Assembly: GCA_017646825.1 (NCBI GenBank)
Contig: JAGCLT010000045.1
Location: 1-55,046 of the forward strand
Length of the DNA stretch: 55,046 nucleotides
Direction of reading: 5' to 3'
From: Clostridia bacterium
Lineage (GTDB): Bacteria; Bacillota; Clostridia; Monoglobales; Firm-18
A program made the position numbers and the translations under genes. The notes beneath the pieces are model-generated. The model had not been told where the DNA came from. It saw only the letters and a list, made by a program, of their open reading frames with translations, and ran no database searches. Of this stretch, positions 19,409 through 29,110 are shown piece after piece (the first letter of the stretch is position 1; every line of letters begins with the position of its first letter).

Positions 19409-21046
19409 ATGCCAATTACCGACATTCTAAACAAAAATGCAGATTTATATCCCGATGACGTTGCGTTGGTGGAGATAAATCCAAAATATGAAAATCAGTC
19501 TAAAACGACCTGGCGTGAGTATTCATTGATTGAATCAAGCCAAAATGAGTCATACAGAACTGAAATAACCTGGAGTGAGTTTGACAAAAGGTCAAATCGC
19601 TTTGCTAATCTTTTACTTGCACGAGGAATAAAAAAAGGTGACAAAGTTGCTATTTTACTTATGAACTGCCTTGAGTGGCTGCCAATATATTTTGGCGTTT
19701 TAAAGGCGGGAGCAATGGCTGTTCCCTTAAATTACAGATATGCTGCAGATGAAATTGAATATTGCTTAAAACTTGCAGACTGCGATGTTCTGATATTTGG
19801 CCCTGAGTTTATAGGACGTGTTGAGGAAATATGCGACTGCATTCCAAGAGTACATACAAAACTTTATGTTGGAGACGATTGCCCAACTTTTGCAGAAAAC
19901 TATTACAGCCTTGTAACTTATTGCTCTTCAAAAACTCCCATGGTTTCTATGACTGATGATGATTTGGCAGCAATTTACTTTTCATCTGGAACAACAGGTT
20001 TCCCCAAGGCAATAGTACATGCACACAGAAGCCTTATGCATGCAGTTAAGACAGAACAAAATCACCATCAGCAAACAAAGGACGACGTGTTCTTATGTAT
20101 TCCTCCCCTTTACCATACAGGCGCAAAAATGCACTGGTTCGGCAGTTTTATGGTCGGCGGTAAAGCGGTGCTTTTAAAAGGTGTTAAGCCAGAGTGGATT
20201 TTAAGGGCTGTTTCAGAGGAAAAATGCACAATAGTGTGGTTGCTTGTACCGTGGGCTCAGGACTTGCTTGACGCTCTTGACAGAGGAGAAATAAATTTAG
20301 ATGATTATTGTTTAGACCAATGGAGACTTATGCACATTGGAGCACAGCCTGTTCCCCCCAGTATGATTAAACGCTGGAAAACTGTTTTCCCGAACCATAA
20401 ATATGATACTAACTATGGACTTAGTGAATCTATAGGTCCCGGTTGCGTTCACCTTGGTATGGATAATATTGACCATGTTGGTGCTATAGGTAAGGCAGGA
20501 TATGGCTGGGAAGTTAAAATAGTTGATGAGAACGGACAGCCGGTACAAAAAGGCGATGTGGGCGAACTTGCAGTTAAAGGCCCCGGCGTAATGCTATGCT
20601 ATTACAAGGATGAAAAGGCAACTAATGAAGTCTTAAAAGACGGCTGGCTGTTTACAGGGGATATGGCTCAGGAAGACGAAGAAGGTTTTATATATCTTGT
20701 TGACAGAAAGAAAGATGTTATTATATCAGGCGGTGAAAATCTGTATCCGGTGCAGATAGAGGATTATTTGCGTAAGAACAGTAAAATAAGCGATACTGCG
20801 GTTATCGGTTTGCCTGATGCCCGTCTTGGCGAAATTGCCGCCGCTATTATTCAGGTTAAAGAAGGGGAAACAATGACAGAAGAGGAAATCACAGGTTTCT
20901 GTCAAAAATTGCCCAGATATAAAAGACCGCACAGGTTTATTTTTGCCCCTGTGCCCAGAAATGCTACAGGTAAAATAGAAAAGCCGAAGCTGAGAAAAAT
21001 GTACAGCACTGAAAATCTTGTAGCAAAGCAAAATGAAATTCAATAG
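19409..21046 (+). CDS. AMP-forming acyl-CoA synthetase (class I adenylate-forming enzyme); substrate unknown
   Basis: 545 aa. It has the AMP-binding motif YFSSGTTGFPKA, then YGLSE, TGD and a C-terminal GKI.K. Confidence 0.8.
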   Translation: MPITDILNKNADLYPDDVALVEINPKYENQSKTTWREYSLIESSQNESYRTEITWSEFDKRSNRFANLLLARGIKKGDKVAILLMNCLEWLPIYFGVLKAGAMAVPLNYRYAADEIEYCLKLADCDVLIFGPEFIGRVEEICDCIPRVHTKLYVGDDCPTFAENYYSLVTYCSSKTPMVSMTDDDLAAIYFSSGTTGFPKAIVHAHRSLMHAVKTEQNHHQQTKDDVFLCIPPLYHTGAKMHWFGSFMVGGKAVLLKGVKPEWILRAVSEEKCTIVWLLVPWAQDLLDALDRGEINLDDYCLDQWRLMHIGAQPVPPSMIKRWKTVFPNHKYDTNYGLSESIGPGCVHLGMDNIDHVGAIGKAGYGWEVKIVDENGQPVQKGDVGELAVKGPGVMLCYYKDEKATNEVLKDGWLFTGDMAQEDEEGFIYLVDRKKDVIISGGENLYPVQIEDYLRKNSKISDTAVIGLPDARLGEIAAAIIQVKEGETMTEEEITGFCQKLPRYKRPHRFIFAPVPRNATGKIEKPKLRKMYSTENLVAKQNEIQ

Positions 21047-21059
21047 GAGGTAAGGTTTT

Positions 21060-22796
21060 ATGAAAAAACTTTTGCTTGGCAATGAAGCGGTTGCCCGTGG
21101 TATATTTGAGGCAGGTGTAAAAGTTGTTGCTTCATACCCCGGTACACCAAGTACTGAAATTACTGAAAACGTTGCAAAATATGACGAAATATATTCCGAA
21201 TGGGCACCTAACGAAAAGGTTGCTGCTGAAGTTGCAATAGGCGCATCTTTTGGTGGAAGCCGTGCGGCAACATGTATGAAACACGTTGGTTTTAACGTGG
21301 CTGCTGACCCGCTTTTTACTGCTTCATATACAGGTGTTAACGGCGGTTTGGTTGTTTGTGTTGCGGACGACCCCGGTATGCACAGTTCACAAAACGAGCA
21401 GGATACCAGAATGGTTGCAATGGCGGCAAAAATCCCCGTTATTGAGCCATCAGACAGCGGCGAGTGTAAAGAGTACATAAAGCTTGCTTATGATTTAAGC
21501 GAAAAGTATGACACTCCAATTATTTTCAGACTTACAACAAGAGTTGCACATTCACAAAGTCTTGTTGAAATTTCCGACAGAGTCGAAAAAGAGTTTAAGC
21601 CATATGAAAAGAACCCCGTAAAGACTGTTATGATGCCTGCTATGGCAAAGAAACGTCACGTTTTTGTAGAACAGCGTTTAAAAGATATGGCACAGTATGC
21701 TGAAAACTGTCCTTTAAATACTGTGGAAATCAATGATACAAAAATCGGTATTATAACTTCCGGTATTTGCTACCAGTATGCAAAAGAAGCATTCCCAAAT
21801 GCGTCATTCTTAAAACTTGGTATGGTTTATCCTATGCCTGAAAAACTGATTAAAGATTTTGCAAGCAAAGTTGACAAGGTTTATGTTATCGAAGAATTAG
21901 ACCCTGTTATTGAAAACCATTGCAAAATTTTAGGTATAGATGTTATCGGAAAAGAACTGTTCAGTCTTCTTGGAGAATACAGTACAAACTTTATTAAAAA
22001 GGCAATAGACGGAGAAGATGTAAGCACATTTACAATAGATGAAAATGTTCCCATAAGACCTCCTGTTATGTGTCCAGGTTGTCCTCACAGAGGAATGTTC
22101 TATGTTCTTAAAAAACTTGGTATGTCAGTTTGCGGTGACATCGGTTGCTACACATTGGGAGCATTGGCACCACTGCAGAGCATTGATTTTTGCGTATGTA
22201 TGGGTGCAAGTATCGGTATGGCACACGGCATTGAAAAAACAGGCAATCAGGAATTTAAAAATAAGACCGTTGCAATTATCGGTGACTCAACATTTATGCA
22301 CAGCGGTATTACAGGAATAGTTGATATTGTTTACAACAAAGGCGTAAGCACAGTTATTATTCTTGATAATTCCATAACAGGTATGACAGGTCATCAGGAC
22401 AATCCTACAACTGGCTTTACTATTAAAAAAGAACCTACAAATCAGGTTAATCTGGTTAAACTTTGTGAGGCTATAGGTATAAACAATGTAGTGGTTGCTG
22501 ACCCATTTGATGTAGAAAACTTTGAAAAAATAGTTAAAGAAGAAGTTAAAAAGGAAGAGCCGTCAGTAATTATTTCACAAAGACCATGTGCACTGTTAAA
22601 GGGTGTTAAATTCCCGGGACCTCTTACCATTAACAAAGACAAATGCGTAAACTGCAAACAGTGTATGAAAATAGGCTGTCCTGCAATTTCATTAAAAGAC
22701 GGAAAAGTTGAAATTGACAAAACACAGTGTAATGGTTGCGGTTTGTGTACTAAAATGTGTAAATTAGGTGCAATCGGAGGTGGCAACAATGAATAA
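21060..22796 (+). CDS. iorA: Indolepyruvate:ferredoxin oxidoreductase subunit alpha
   Basis: 578 aa. N-terminus is LLGNEAVARGIFEAGV..SYPGTPSTEI. It has a TPP-binding GDSTF region and two C-terminal 4Fe-4S motifs (CVNCKQCMKIGCP, CNGCGLCTKMC). Confidence 0.85.
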   Translation: MKKLLLGNEAVARGIFEAGVKVVASYPGTPSTEITENVAKYDEIYSEWAPNEKVAAEVAIGASFGGSRAATCMKHVGFNVAADPLFTASYTGVNGGLVVCVADDPGMHSSQNEQDTRMVAMAAKIPVIEPSDSGECKEYIKLAYDLSEKYDTPIIFRLTTRVAHSQSLVEISDRVEKEFKPYEKNPVKTVMMPAMAKKRHVFVEQRLKDMAQYAENCPLNTVEINDTKIGIITSGICYQYAKEAFPNASFLKLGMVYPMPEKLIKDFASKVDKVYVIEELDPVIENHCKILGIDVIGKELFSLLGEYSTNFIKKAIDGEDVSTFTIDENVPIRPPVMCPGCPHRGMFYVLKKLGMSVCGDIGCYTLGALAPLQSIDFCVCMGASIGMAHGIEKTGNQEFKNKTVAIIGDSTFMHSGITGIVDIVYNKGVSTVIILDNSITGMTGHQDNPTTGFTIKKEPTNQVNLVKLCEAIGINNVVVADPFDVENFEKIVKEEVKKEEPSVIISQRPCALLKGVKFPGPLTINKDKCVNCKQCMKIGCPAISLKDGKVEIDKTQCNGCGLCTKMCKLGAIGGGNNE

Positions 22797-23361
22797 AAGT
22801 ATTATGATTGTAGGCGTTGGCGGACAAGGTACACTACTTGCCAGCAGAATTTTAGGTAATGTTGCTATCAAACAGGGTTTTGACGTTAAAGTTTCAGAAG
22901 TTCACGGTATGAGCCAGAGAGGCGGTAGCGTTGTTACTTATGTCCGTTACGGCGAAAAAGTGTATGCTCCAATTATTGACAAAGGCGGTGCAGATATTAT
23001 CCTTGCCTTTGAACAGTTAGAAGCATACAGATACCTTGATTATCTTAAAAACGACGGCAAGTTAATTGTTAATACACAACAAATTGACCCTATGCCTGTT
23101 ATAACAGGTGCAGAAAAGTATCCCGAAAACATAATAGAAAAGATAGAACAAAAAGGAGTTTCTATGATTTCTGTTGATGCAACAAAACTGGCACTTGAAG
23201 CAGGAAACGTAAAGGCAGTTAACGTGGCTTTAATCGGCGTACTTGCATCAAAAATGAACATCGACAAACAGGTGTGGCTTGATGTTATAAAAGAAACAGT
23301 TCCCGAAAAGTTTTATGAAGTAAATATAGCAGCTTTTGAACTTGGATACAACTGTAAGTAA
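22789..23361 (+). CDS. iorB: Indolepyruvate:ferredoxin oxidoreductase subunit beta
   Basis: MNKSIMIVGVGGQGTLLASRILG...SEVHGMSQRGGSV. The ATG at 22789 is preceded by GGAGGTGG; the ORF track starts at 22768. Confidence 0.85.
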   Translation: MNKSIMIVGVGGQGTLLASRILGNVAIKQGFDVKVSEVHGMSQRGGSVVTYVRYGEKVYAPIIDKGGADIILAFEQLEAYRYLDYLKNDGKLIVNTQQIDPMPVITGAEKYPENIIEKIEQKGVSMISVDATKLALEAGNVKAVNVALIGVLASKMNIDKQVWLDVIKETVPEKFYEVNIAAFELGYNCK

Positions 23362-23388
23362 TTAATTAAAAGTTTTTTAAAAAAAGAC

Positions 23389-23417
23389 TTGATTATTTAA
23401 AGTTTTTGTGGTATAAT
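23389..23417 (+). promoter_or_regulatory. Strong sigma-A promoter for the rimP-nusA-infB array
   Basis: TTGATT (23389-23394), 17-nt spacer, extended -10 TGgTATAAT (23409-23417). Confidence 0.65.
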
Positions 23418-23440
23418 AAGTTTACATTATAAGGTTTTTG

Positions 23441-23471
23441 CAAAGAGTGGGTTTTACCCACTCTTTGTTTT
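23441..23471 (+). terminator. Terminator-like hairpin in the rimP-nusA leader (candidate attenuator)
   Basis: CAAAGAGTGGG-TTTTA-CCCACTCTTTG forms an 11-bp perfect stem (23441-23467) followed by TTTT. It lies downstream of the promoter and directly before the rimP ribosome-binding site. Confidence 0.55.
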
Positions 23472-23489
23472 ATGAAGGGAGTGAAAACT

Positions 23490-23945
23490 GTGTCTTACTC
23501 AAAAACAGAAGAGATTGTTTTTGCACAGGGCGAATTAATTTCACAAAATTATGGTTACAGTATTTACGATGTTGAATTTGTAAAAGAGGGACCGCATAAG
23601 TTTTTGCGTGTTTATGTCTGGAGCGAAGAAGGTGTTGACCTTGATATCTGCGAAAAAATAAGCAGGGAATTAAGCGACTATTTAGACCGCGAAGACTTAA
23701 TACCCGATGCTTACTTTTTAGAGGTTTCATCACCGGGTATCGAAAGAGTGCTTAAAACTGACAAACATTTCGAGGGTGCTATCGGCGAAGAAATAAAAGT
23801 TAAGGTAATAAAAGGTCAGGACAAGGAAGTTACAGGCGAACTTTTAAGTGCTGACGATATGACTGTCACTTTACTTAGTGACGGTGAAGAAGTGAAAATT
23901 GAAAGAAAAAATATTGCGAAAGCAAATGTAGTTTTTAAATTTTAA
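23490..23945 (+). CDS. rimP: Ribosome maturation factor RimP
   Basis: ...GYSIYDVEFVKEGPHKFLRVYV...EVSSPGIER... A GTG at 23490 lies 8 nt after AAGGGAG. The ORF-track ATG at 23472 has no SD and abuts the hairpin. Confidence 0.85.
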   Translation: MSYSKTEEIVFAQGELISQNYGYSIYDVEFVKEGPHKFLRVYVWSEEGVDLDICEKISRELSDYLDREDLIPDAYFLEVSSPGIERVLKTDKHFEGAIGEEIKVKVIKGQDKEVTGELLSADDMTVTLLSDGEEVKIERKNIAKANVVFKF

Positions 23946-23964
23946 CAGGGAGTGATTTTAAAAA

Positions 23965-24999
23965 ATGAGCGAAGATTTTGTTACATTATTAGAGCAGTTT
24001 GAAAAGGAAAAAGGTATAAGCAGAGACGTACTTATTGAAGCCCTTGAACAGGCACTTGTATCTGCTTACAAAAAGAATTACGGAAGCAACAAAAACGTAA
24101 GAGTTGAAATTGACAGAAAAACAGGCAGTATGAATGTTTTTATAAGAAAAGACGTTGTAGCGGAAGTTACTGTGCCTGACTGTGAAATTTCAGTTAAAGA
24201 TGCAAAGAAGATTAACCCTAAATTTGAAGAGGGCGACGTTGTTGAAGAACAGACAGTTCCACAGACTTTCGGCAGAATTGCTGCACAAACTGCCCGTCAG
24301 GTAGTTACACAGCGTATAAGAGAAGCAGAAAGAACAATGGTTTATAACGAATTTTCTGACAAGGTTAACAACATTGTTTCAGGTATTGTTCAAAGAGTGG
24401 AAAGAAAGAGCATTATGATTAATTTCGGTAATGTGGAAGCAATGCTTATGCCACAAGAACAGGTTGAAACAGATAATTACAAACCTAACCAGAGAATAAA
24501 GGTATATGTAGTTGAAGTTCAGAAAACCACAAAAGGACCGCAGATTGTTATTTCAAGAACTCATTCAGGTTTAGTCAGAAAACTGTTTGAACTTGAAGTT
24601 CCCGAAATTCAGTCCGGTATTGTTGAAATCAAAAGCATTTCAAGAGAAGCAGGTTCAAGAACAAAAATTGCGGTTTATTCAGCAGACGAAAATGTTGATC
24701 CGATCGGTGCTTGTGTAGGCTCTAAAGGAACAAGAGTTCAGAATATCGTTGATGAACTAAACGGCGAAAAAATTGATATTATTAAGTATAGCGAAAATCC
24801 TGCAGAATACATTGCTGCAGCACTTGCTCCTGCAGACGTACAAAGCGTAACAGTTGATGAAGAAAACAAAATCTGTACTGCAGTTGTTGCAAAAAGCCAG
24901 TTGTCTCTTGCAATAGGTAAAGAGGGACAAAACGCAAGACTTGCAGCAAAACTTACAGGCTGGAAAATAGATATTATTAAAGGCGAAGAAGATGATTAA
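23965..24999 (+). CDS. nusA: Transcription termination/antitermination factor NusA
   Basis: 344 aa with an N-terminal domain, S1 and two KH domains (GACVGSKGTRVQNI, AIGKEGQNARLAAKLTGWKIDI). Confidence 0.95.
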   Translation: MSEDFVTLLEQFEKEKGISRDVLIEALEQALVSAYKKNYGSNKNVRVEIDRKTGSMNVFIRKDVVAEVTVPDCEISVKDAKKINPKFEEGDVVEEQTVPQTFGRIAAQTARQVVTQRIREAERTMVYNEFSDKVNNIVSGIVQRVERKSIMINFGNVEAMLMPQEQVETDNYKPNQRIKVYVVEVQKTTKGPQIVISRTHSGLVRKLFELEVPEIQSGIVEIKSISREAGSRTKIAVYSADENVDPIGACVGSKGTRVQNIVDELNGEKIDIIKYSENPAEYIAAALAPADVQSVTVDEENKICTAVVAKSQLSLAIGKEGQNARLAAKLTGWKIDIIKGEEDD

Positions 25000-25001
25000 T
25001 T

Positions 25002-25271
25002 TTGAAACACAAAAAAATCTACAATGACGGCAAATATGTTCCTCAAAGAATGTGCATATCCTGCAGAAGTGTTTTGCCGAAAGAACAACTTTTGAGAGTT
25101 GCAAAAATGAAAGACGGCACAGTTGAAGTAGCGGACAAAGGCGGAAGAGGTGTATATGTCTGCAACAATCAGGACTGCATTTTAAAACTAAAGAAATCAA
25201 ACGGATTGTCACGGGGCCTCAAAACTAATGTTCCCGATGAAATATATGAGGAGTGCAGTAATGTTAGATAA
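25002..25271 (+). CDS. ylxR: YlxR/RnpM family (DUF448) RNA-binding protein
   Basis: PQRMCISCRSV.PKEQLLRV...GRGVYVC motif. The TTG start lies directly after the nusA stop. Confidence 0.85.
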   Translation: MKHKKIYNDGKYVPQRMCISCRSVLPKEQLLRVAKMKDGTVEVADKGGRGVYVCNNQDCILKLKKSNGLSRGLKTNVPDEIYEECSNVR

Positions 25272-25569
25272 TAAAGTGTTAGGATACTTAGGCCTTGCAA
25301 AAAAAGCGGGTCTTTTGGCTGACGGAACAGAAAGCGTGGTAACAAGTGTAAGAGGTAACAAAAGCAAACTTGTAATACTGGCTATTGATGCTTCTCCGTC
25401 AACTGTTAAAAAAGTTACCGACAAGTGCAGTTATTATAAGGTTAAACTGGTAACTGCAGGTACAATGTCCGTTTTGGGAAACGCATTGGGACGCGAACTT
25501 ACGGCGTGCGTTTCGGTTAATGATGAAAAATTTGCAGAAGTAATTGGTAAGTTTGTAACAACAAACTGA
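25261..25569 (+). CDS. ylxQ: L7Ae/L30e-family k-turn-binding protein (YlxQ type)
   Basis: MLDNKVLGYLGLAKKAGLLADGTESV...KLVILAIDASPST. The position between ylxR and infB is conserved. The ORF track starts at 25228. Confidence 0.8.
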   Translation: MLDNKVLGYLGLAKKAGLLADGTESVVTSVRGNKSKLVILAIDASPSTVKKVTDKCSYYKVKLVTAGTMSVLGNALGRELTACVSVNDEKFAEVIGKFVTTN

Positions 25570-25584
25570 TGAAAGGGTGATTAT

Positions 25585-27822
25585 ATGGCAGTAGCAAAAA
25601 TTAAAATTAGTTCATTTGCCAAAGATTTAGGTGTTGACAAGAACGAGGTTATGGAATTATTAACCAAATTTGGAAGTAAAGCCAAAACTACCTCAAGTTC
25701 AATTTCAAATAATGAACTTGACATCATTTTGGAGTACTTTACCCAAAAACACCAGGTTGAAGAATTTGATTTCATATTGAAAAAACTTGACGAAAAGCCT
25801 AAAAAAGAAAAGAAAAAGGAAGAAGTTCCTACCAATGAAGAGGCTGAAACTACAACAATCAGCAAAAAGGAAAAACATTACGTTGATACAAGAAAGTCCA
25901 ATGTTGACCTTGACAAATACGATACTGAAAAAATCGAGGAACTTGTACCTGACAATATAAAAAGCGATAATTTAGCAGGCGGAAAACAGAAAATCAAAAA
26001 GGGCAAGAAAAACGAAAAGTTTGATAAAGAAGAAATCAAAGTAAACAAAGAGAAAAAACAAAAGGCAGAAAAAATTACTGTAGCAATCGGTGACGAAATT
26101 TCTGTAGGCGATTTTGCGGAAAAACTTGGCAGACCTGCTGCAGAGGTAGTTAAATGCCTTATGATGATTGGCGTTATGGCATCTGTAAGCCAGACAATCG
26201 ACTTTGATACTGCGGCGTTAATTGCAACTGAATTTAACGCAGAAGTTGAAAAAGAAGTAATAATTACAGATGAAGATATTTTATTTAACGACGTAGAAGA
26301 CAAGGAAGAAGATTTGGTTGACCGTTCACCAGTCGTTGTTGTTATGGGACACGTTGACCACGGTAAAACAAAACTTCTTGACAGTATCAGAAAAACAAAC
26401 GTAATTGATACTGAAGCAGGTGGTATTACTCAGCACATCGGTGCTTACAGAGTAAGAATCAACGACAGGGACATTACTTTCCTTGATACACCCGGTCACG
26501 AAGCGTTTACTTCTATGAGAGCAAGAGGTGCTCAGGTTACAGACGTTGCTATTTTGGTAGTTGCGGCAGACGATGGTATTATGCCCCAGACAGTTGAGGC
26601 AATAAATCACGCAAAAGCTGCAAATATTAATATTATAGTCGCTATTAATAAAATTGATAAAGAAACTGCAAACCCGGATCTTGTAAAACAACAACTTACA
26701 GAGTATGGACTTGTTCCTGAAGAATGGGGCGGTGACACAATCTGCGTACCTATTTCAGCGTTAAAAGGTGAAAATGTTGATACTTTACTTGAAATGGTGC
26801 TTTTGGTTGCAGATATGAAAGAATTAAAAGCAAACCCCAACAGACTTGCAAAAGGTACTGTTATCGAAGCAAAACTTGACAAGGGCAGAGGTCCTGTTGC
26901 TACAGTTTTAGTACAAAATGGTACACTAAAAACAGGAGATATTGTTGTCGCAGGTACTGCAGTAGGTAAAGTAAGAGCAATGACAGATGACAAGGGCAGA
27001 AAAGTTAAAACTGCAGGTCCTTGTGTTCCTGTCGAGCTTATCGGCTTAAGCGAAACACCTGAGGGCGGCGATTTATTCTACGTTGTAACAGATGAGCGTA
27101 AAGCCCGTGAAGTTGTTGAAAACAGAAAGCAGAAAATCAAAGAAGAATACAACAAGTCAACTCAGCAGGTTATCTCTCTTGACGCGTTGTTTGACCAGAT
27201 TGAACAAGGTCAGATTAAAGACTTAAATATTATTGTTAAGGCAGACGTACAGGGCTCTGTTGAAGCGGTTACACAGTCACTTGTTAAACTTTCAAATGAC
27301 GAGGTGAGAATTAATGTAATTCACGGTGCCGTTGGTACAGTAAACGAGTCCGACATTATGCTTGCATCTGCATCAAATGCTATTATTGTTGGCTTTAACG
27401 TAAGACCCTCTGCGGCTACAATGGATTCTGCTGCACTTAAAAATGTTGAAATCAGACTTTACCGTATTATTTATCAGGCAATTGAAGAAATTGAAGCGGC
27501 TATGAAAGGTATGCTTGAACCAACTTACCGCGAAAACGTAATAGGCCATGCGGAAATCAGACAGACATTCAAAGTTTCAGGTGTAGGTACTATTGCAGGT
27601 TGCTACGTTACTGATGGTAAAATTCAGCGTAACAGCGAAGTACGAATTGTACGTGACGGTATTGTTATTCACGAAAGTATGCTTAACTCACTTAAGAGAT
27701 TTAAAGATGACGTTAAAGAAGTTGCATCAGGTTACGAATGCGGTCTTGGCGTTGAACGTTACAACGACATTAAAGAAGGCGACGTTATCGAATGCTTCAT
27801 AATGGAGGAAGTACCAAGATAG
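25585..27822 (+). CDS. infB: Translation initiation factor IF-2
   Basis: 745 aa. It has a K/E-rich N-terminus and a GTPase domain with [13 protein letters not shown] and NKID. Confidence 0.97.
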   Translation: MAVAKIKISSFAKDLGVDKNEVMELLTKFGSKAKTTSSSISNNELDIILEYFTQKHQVEEFDFILKKLDEKPKKEKKKEEVPTNEEAETTTISKKEKHYVDTRKSNVDLDKYDTEKIEELVPDNIKSDNLAGGKQKIKKGKKNEKFDKEEIKVNKEKKQKAEKITVAIGDEISVGDFAEKLGRPAAEVVKCLMMIGVMASVSQTIDFDTAALIATEFNAEVEKEVIITDEDILFNDVEDKEEDLVDRSPVVVVMGHVDHGKTKLLDSIRKTNVIDTEAGGITQHIGAYRVRINDRDITFLDTPGHEAFTSMRARGAQVTDVAILVVAADDGIMPQTVEAINHAKAANINIIVAINKIDKETANPDLVKQQLTEYGLVPEEWGGDTICVPISALKGENVDTLLEMVLLVADMKELKANPNRLAKGTVIEAKLDKGRGPVATVLVQNGTLKTGDIVVAGTAVGKVRAMTDDKGRKVKTAGPCVPVELIGLSETPEGGDLFYVVTDERKAREVVENRKQKIKEEYNKSTQQVISLDALFDQIEQGQIKDLNIIVKADVQGSVEAVTQSLVKLSNDEVRINVIHGAVGTVNESDIMLASASNAIIVGFNVRPSAATMDSAALKNVEIRLYRIIYQAIEEIEAAMKGMLEPTYRENVIGHAEIRQTFKVSGVGTIAGCYVTDGKIQRNSEVRIVRDGIVIHESMLNSLKRFKDDVKEVASGYECGLGVERYNDIKEGDVIECFIMEEVPR

Positions 27823-27831
27823 GAGTAATTT

Positions 27832-28167
27832 ATGTCAAACAGAATTAACAGAATTAACGAAGAAACAAAAAAGGAAATAAGCCAGATTATTAGAGAACTT
27901 AAAGACCCCAGAGTTAAAAAAGGTCTTGTAAGCGTTGTGGCAACAGATGTTTCCAAAGATTTAAGCAAGTGCGTGGTATTTGTAAGCGTTTTAGGTGACG
28001 AAACCGTACAAAACGATGCAATTGCGGGTCTAAACAGTGCATCAGGTTTTGTAAGACGCGAACTTGGCTCAAGATTAAAACTCAGAATTTCACCTGAAAT
28101 TACTTTTAATCTTGACCATTCAATCGAGTACGGTGCACATATAAACGAAATTTTAAAAGGACTATGA
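27832..28167 (+). CDS. rbfA: Ribosome-binding factor A
   Basis: 111 aa. ...LKDPRV...VSVVATDVSKDLS.CVVFVSV... Confidence 0.92.
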   Translation: MSNRINRINEETKKEISQIIRELKDPRVKKGLVSVVATDVSKDLSKCVVFVSVLGDETVQNDAIAGLNSASGFVRRELGSRLKLRISPEITFNLDHSIEYGAHINEILKGL

Positions 28168-28171
28168 TTTT

Positions 28172-29110
28172 ATGTTTACAGATATTGCAAATGCAATAAA
28201 AAACAGTAACAATATTATAATTCTGCCCCACAAAAGTGCAGACGGCGACTGCCTTGGCTCGTCTTATGCACTTAAACTGGGTTTATTAAAACTGGGTAAA
28301 AATGCACAGGTTGTTGTTGAAAAAAAAGACAAAGATGCAAAGTTTTTTTCAATAATAAAAGATGCTGAAACCTCGGTTTCAACACCCGATTTGGTAATTG
28401 CGGTTGACTGCGGTGATATTGACAGACTTGACACCAGACGTGATATTTTTAATTCCTGCGAAAACACAGTAAATATCGATCATCACGGCACCAACGACGG
28501 CTTTGCAAAAATTAATTACATTGATGCCAACGCCTCTGCAACAGGTGAAATAATATTTGATTTGCTTGAGTTTATGCAGATTGATATTGACGATGATATT
28601 GCACAGAATTTATATATTGCAATATCTTCTGATTCGGGACGTTTTTCTTATTCAAACACAACTAAGAAAACTCACGAAATTGCAGGAAAACTAATTGGCT
28701 ACAATATTGATTTTCCTTATCTTAATGCTTTTATATTTGATAAGAATTCTAAAAAGGAGTTATTACTTGCAAAAGAGGCGATTAAAACTCTGGATGTTGT
28801 GGCAGATGGGAAAATTGCATCTGTAACAGTTACCAAAAAAGTAATAAAGAAGTATAAGGCAACTGATTCGGAGTTGGGCGGAATAGTAAACTACCCAAGA
28901 AGTATTGACACAGTACAGATAGCTTTTTATTTTAAAGAGGTTCATGGCGGAGTTAAAGTAAGTATGCGTTCAACCGGTCCCGACGTTTCTAAAATTGCAA
29001 AAAAATATGGAGGCGGAGGACACGAAAGAGCCAGCGGATGTACTTTGAATATGCCTGTAAAAAAGGCGAAAAAGATTATGTATAACGAGGCGATGGCGGT
29101 AATATGCTAA
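28172..29110 (+). CDS. nrnA: DHH/DHHA1 phosphoesterase (NrnA-type oligoribonuclease/pAp phosphatase)
   Basis: HKSADGDCLGS, DCGD, IDHH and GGGHERASG motifs. Confidence 0.8.
   Translation: MFTDIANAIKNSNNIIILPHKSADGDCLGSSYALKLGLLKLGKNAQVVVEKKDKDAKFFSIIKDAETSVSTPDLVIAVDCGDIDRLDTRRDIFNSCENTVNIDHHGTNDGFAKINYIDANASATGEIIFDLLEFMQIDIDDDIAQNLYIAISSDSGRFSYSNTTKKTHEIAGKLIGYNIDFPYLNAFIFDKNSKKELLLAKEAIKTLDVVADGKIASVTVTKKVIKKYKATDSELGGIVNYPRSIDTVQIAFYFKEVHGGVKVSMRSTGPDVSKIAKKYGGGGHERASGCTLNMPVKKAKKIMYNEAMAVIC

Noticed and set aside
20726-21478. 250-aa minus-strand ORF spanning the 3' end of the acyl-CoA ligase gene and the 5' end of iorA.
   Set aside because: It is antisense to two confidently identified genes and crosses their intergenic SD region. 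The translation is low-complexity (S/A/T/P-rich) with no recognisable motif. This is typical of a shadow ORF opposite real coding sequence.
24757-25212. 151-aa Cys-rich minus-strand ORF opposite the nusA 3' end and ylxR.
   Set aside because: It is antisense to two highly conserved genes. The Cys and Phe richness comes from the reverse complement of Lys/Ala/Glu codons. It has no SD or promoter context.
25585-26303. Low-complexity K/E-rich stretch and two long antisense ORFs (94 and 141 aa) at the 5' end of infB.
   Set aside because: A charged, repetitive N-terminal region is normal for IF-2. The antisense ORFs are S/F/L-rich mirror products of Lys/Glu codons.
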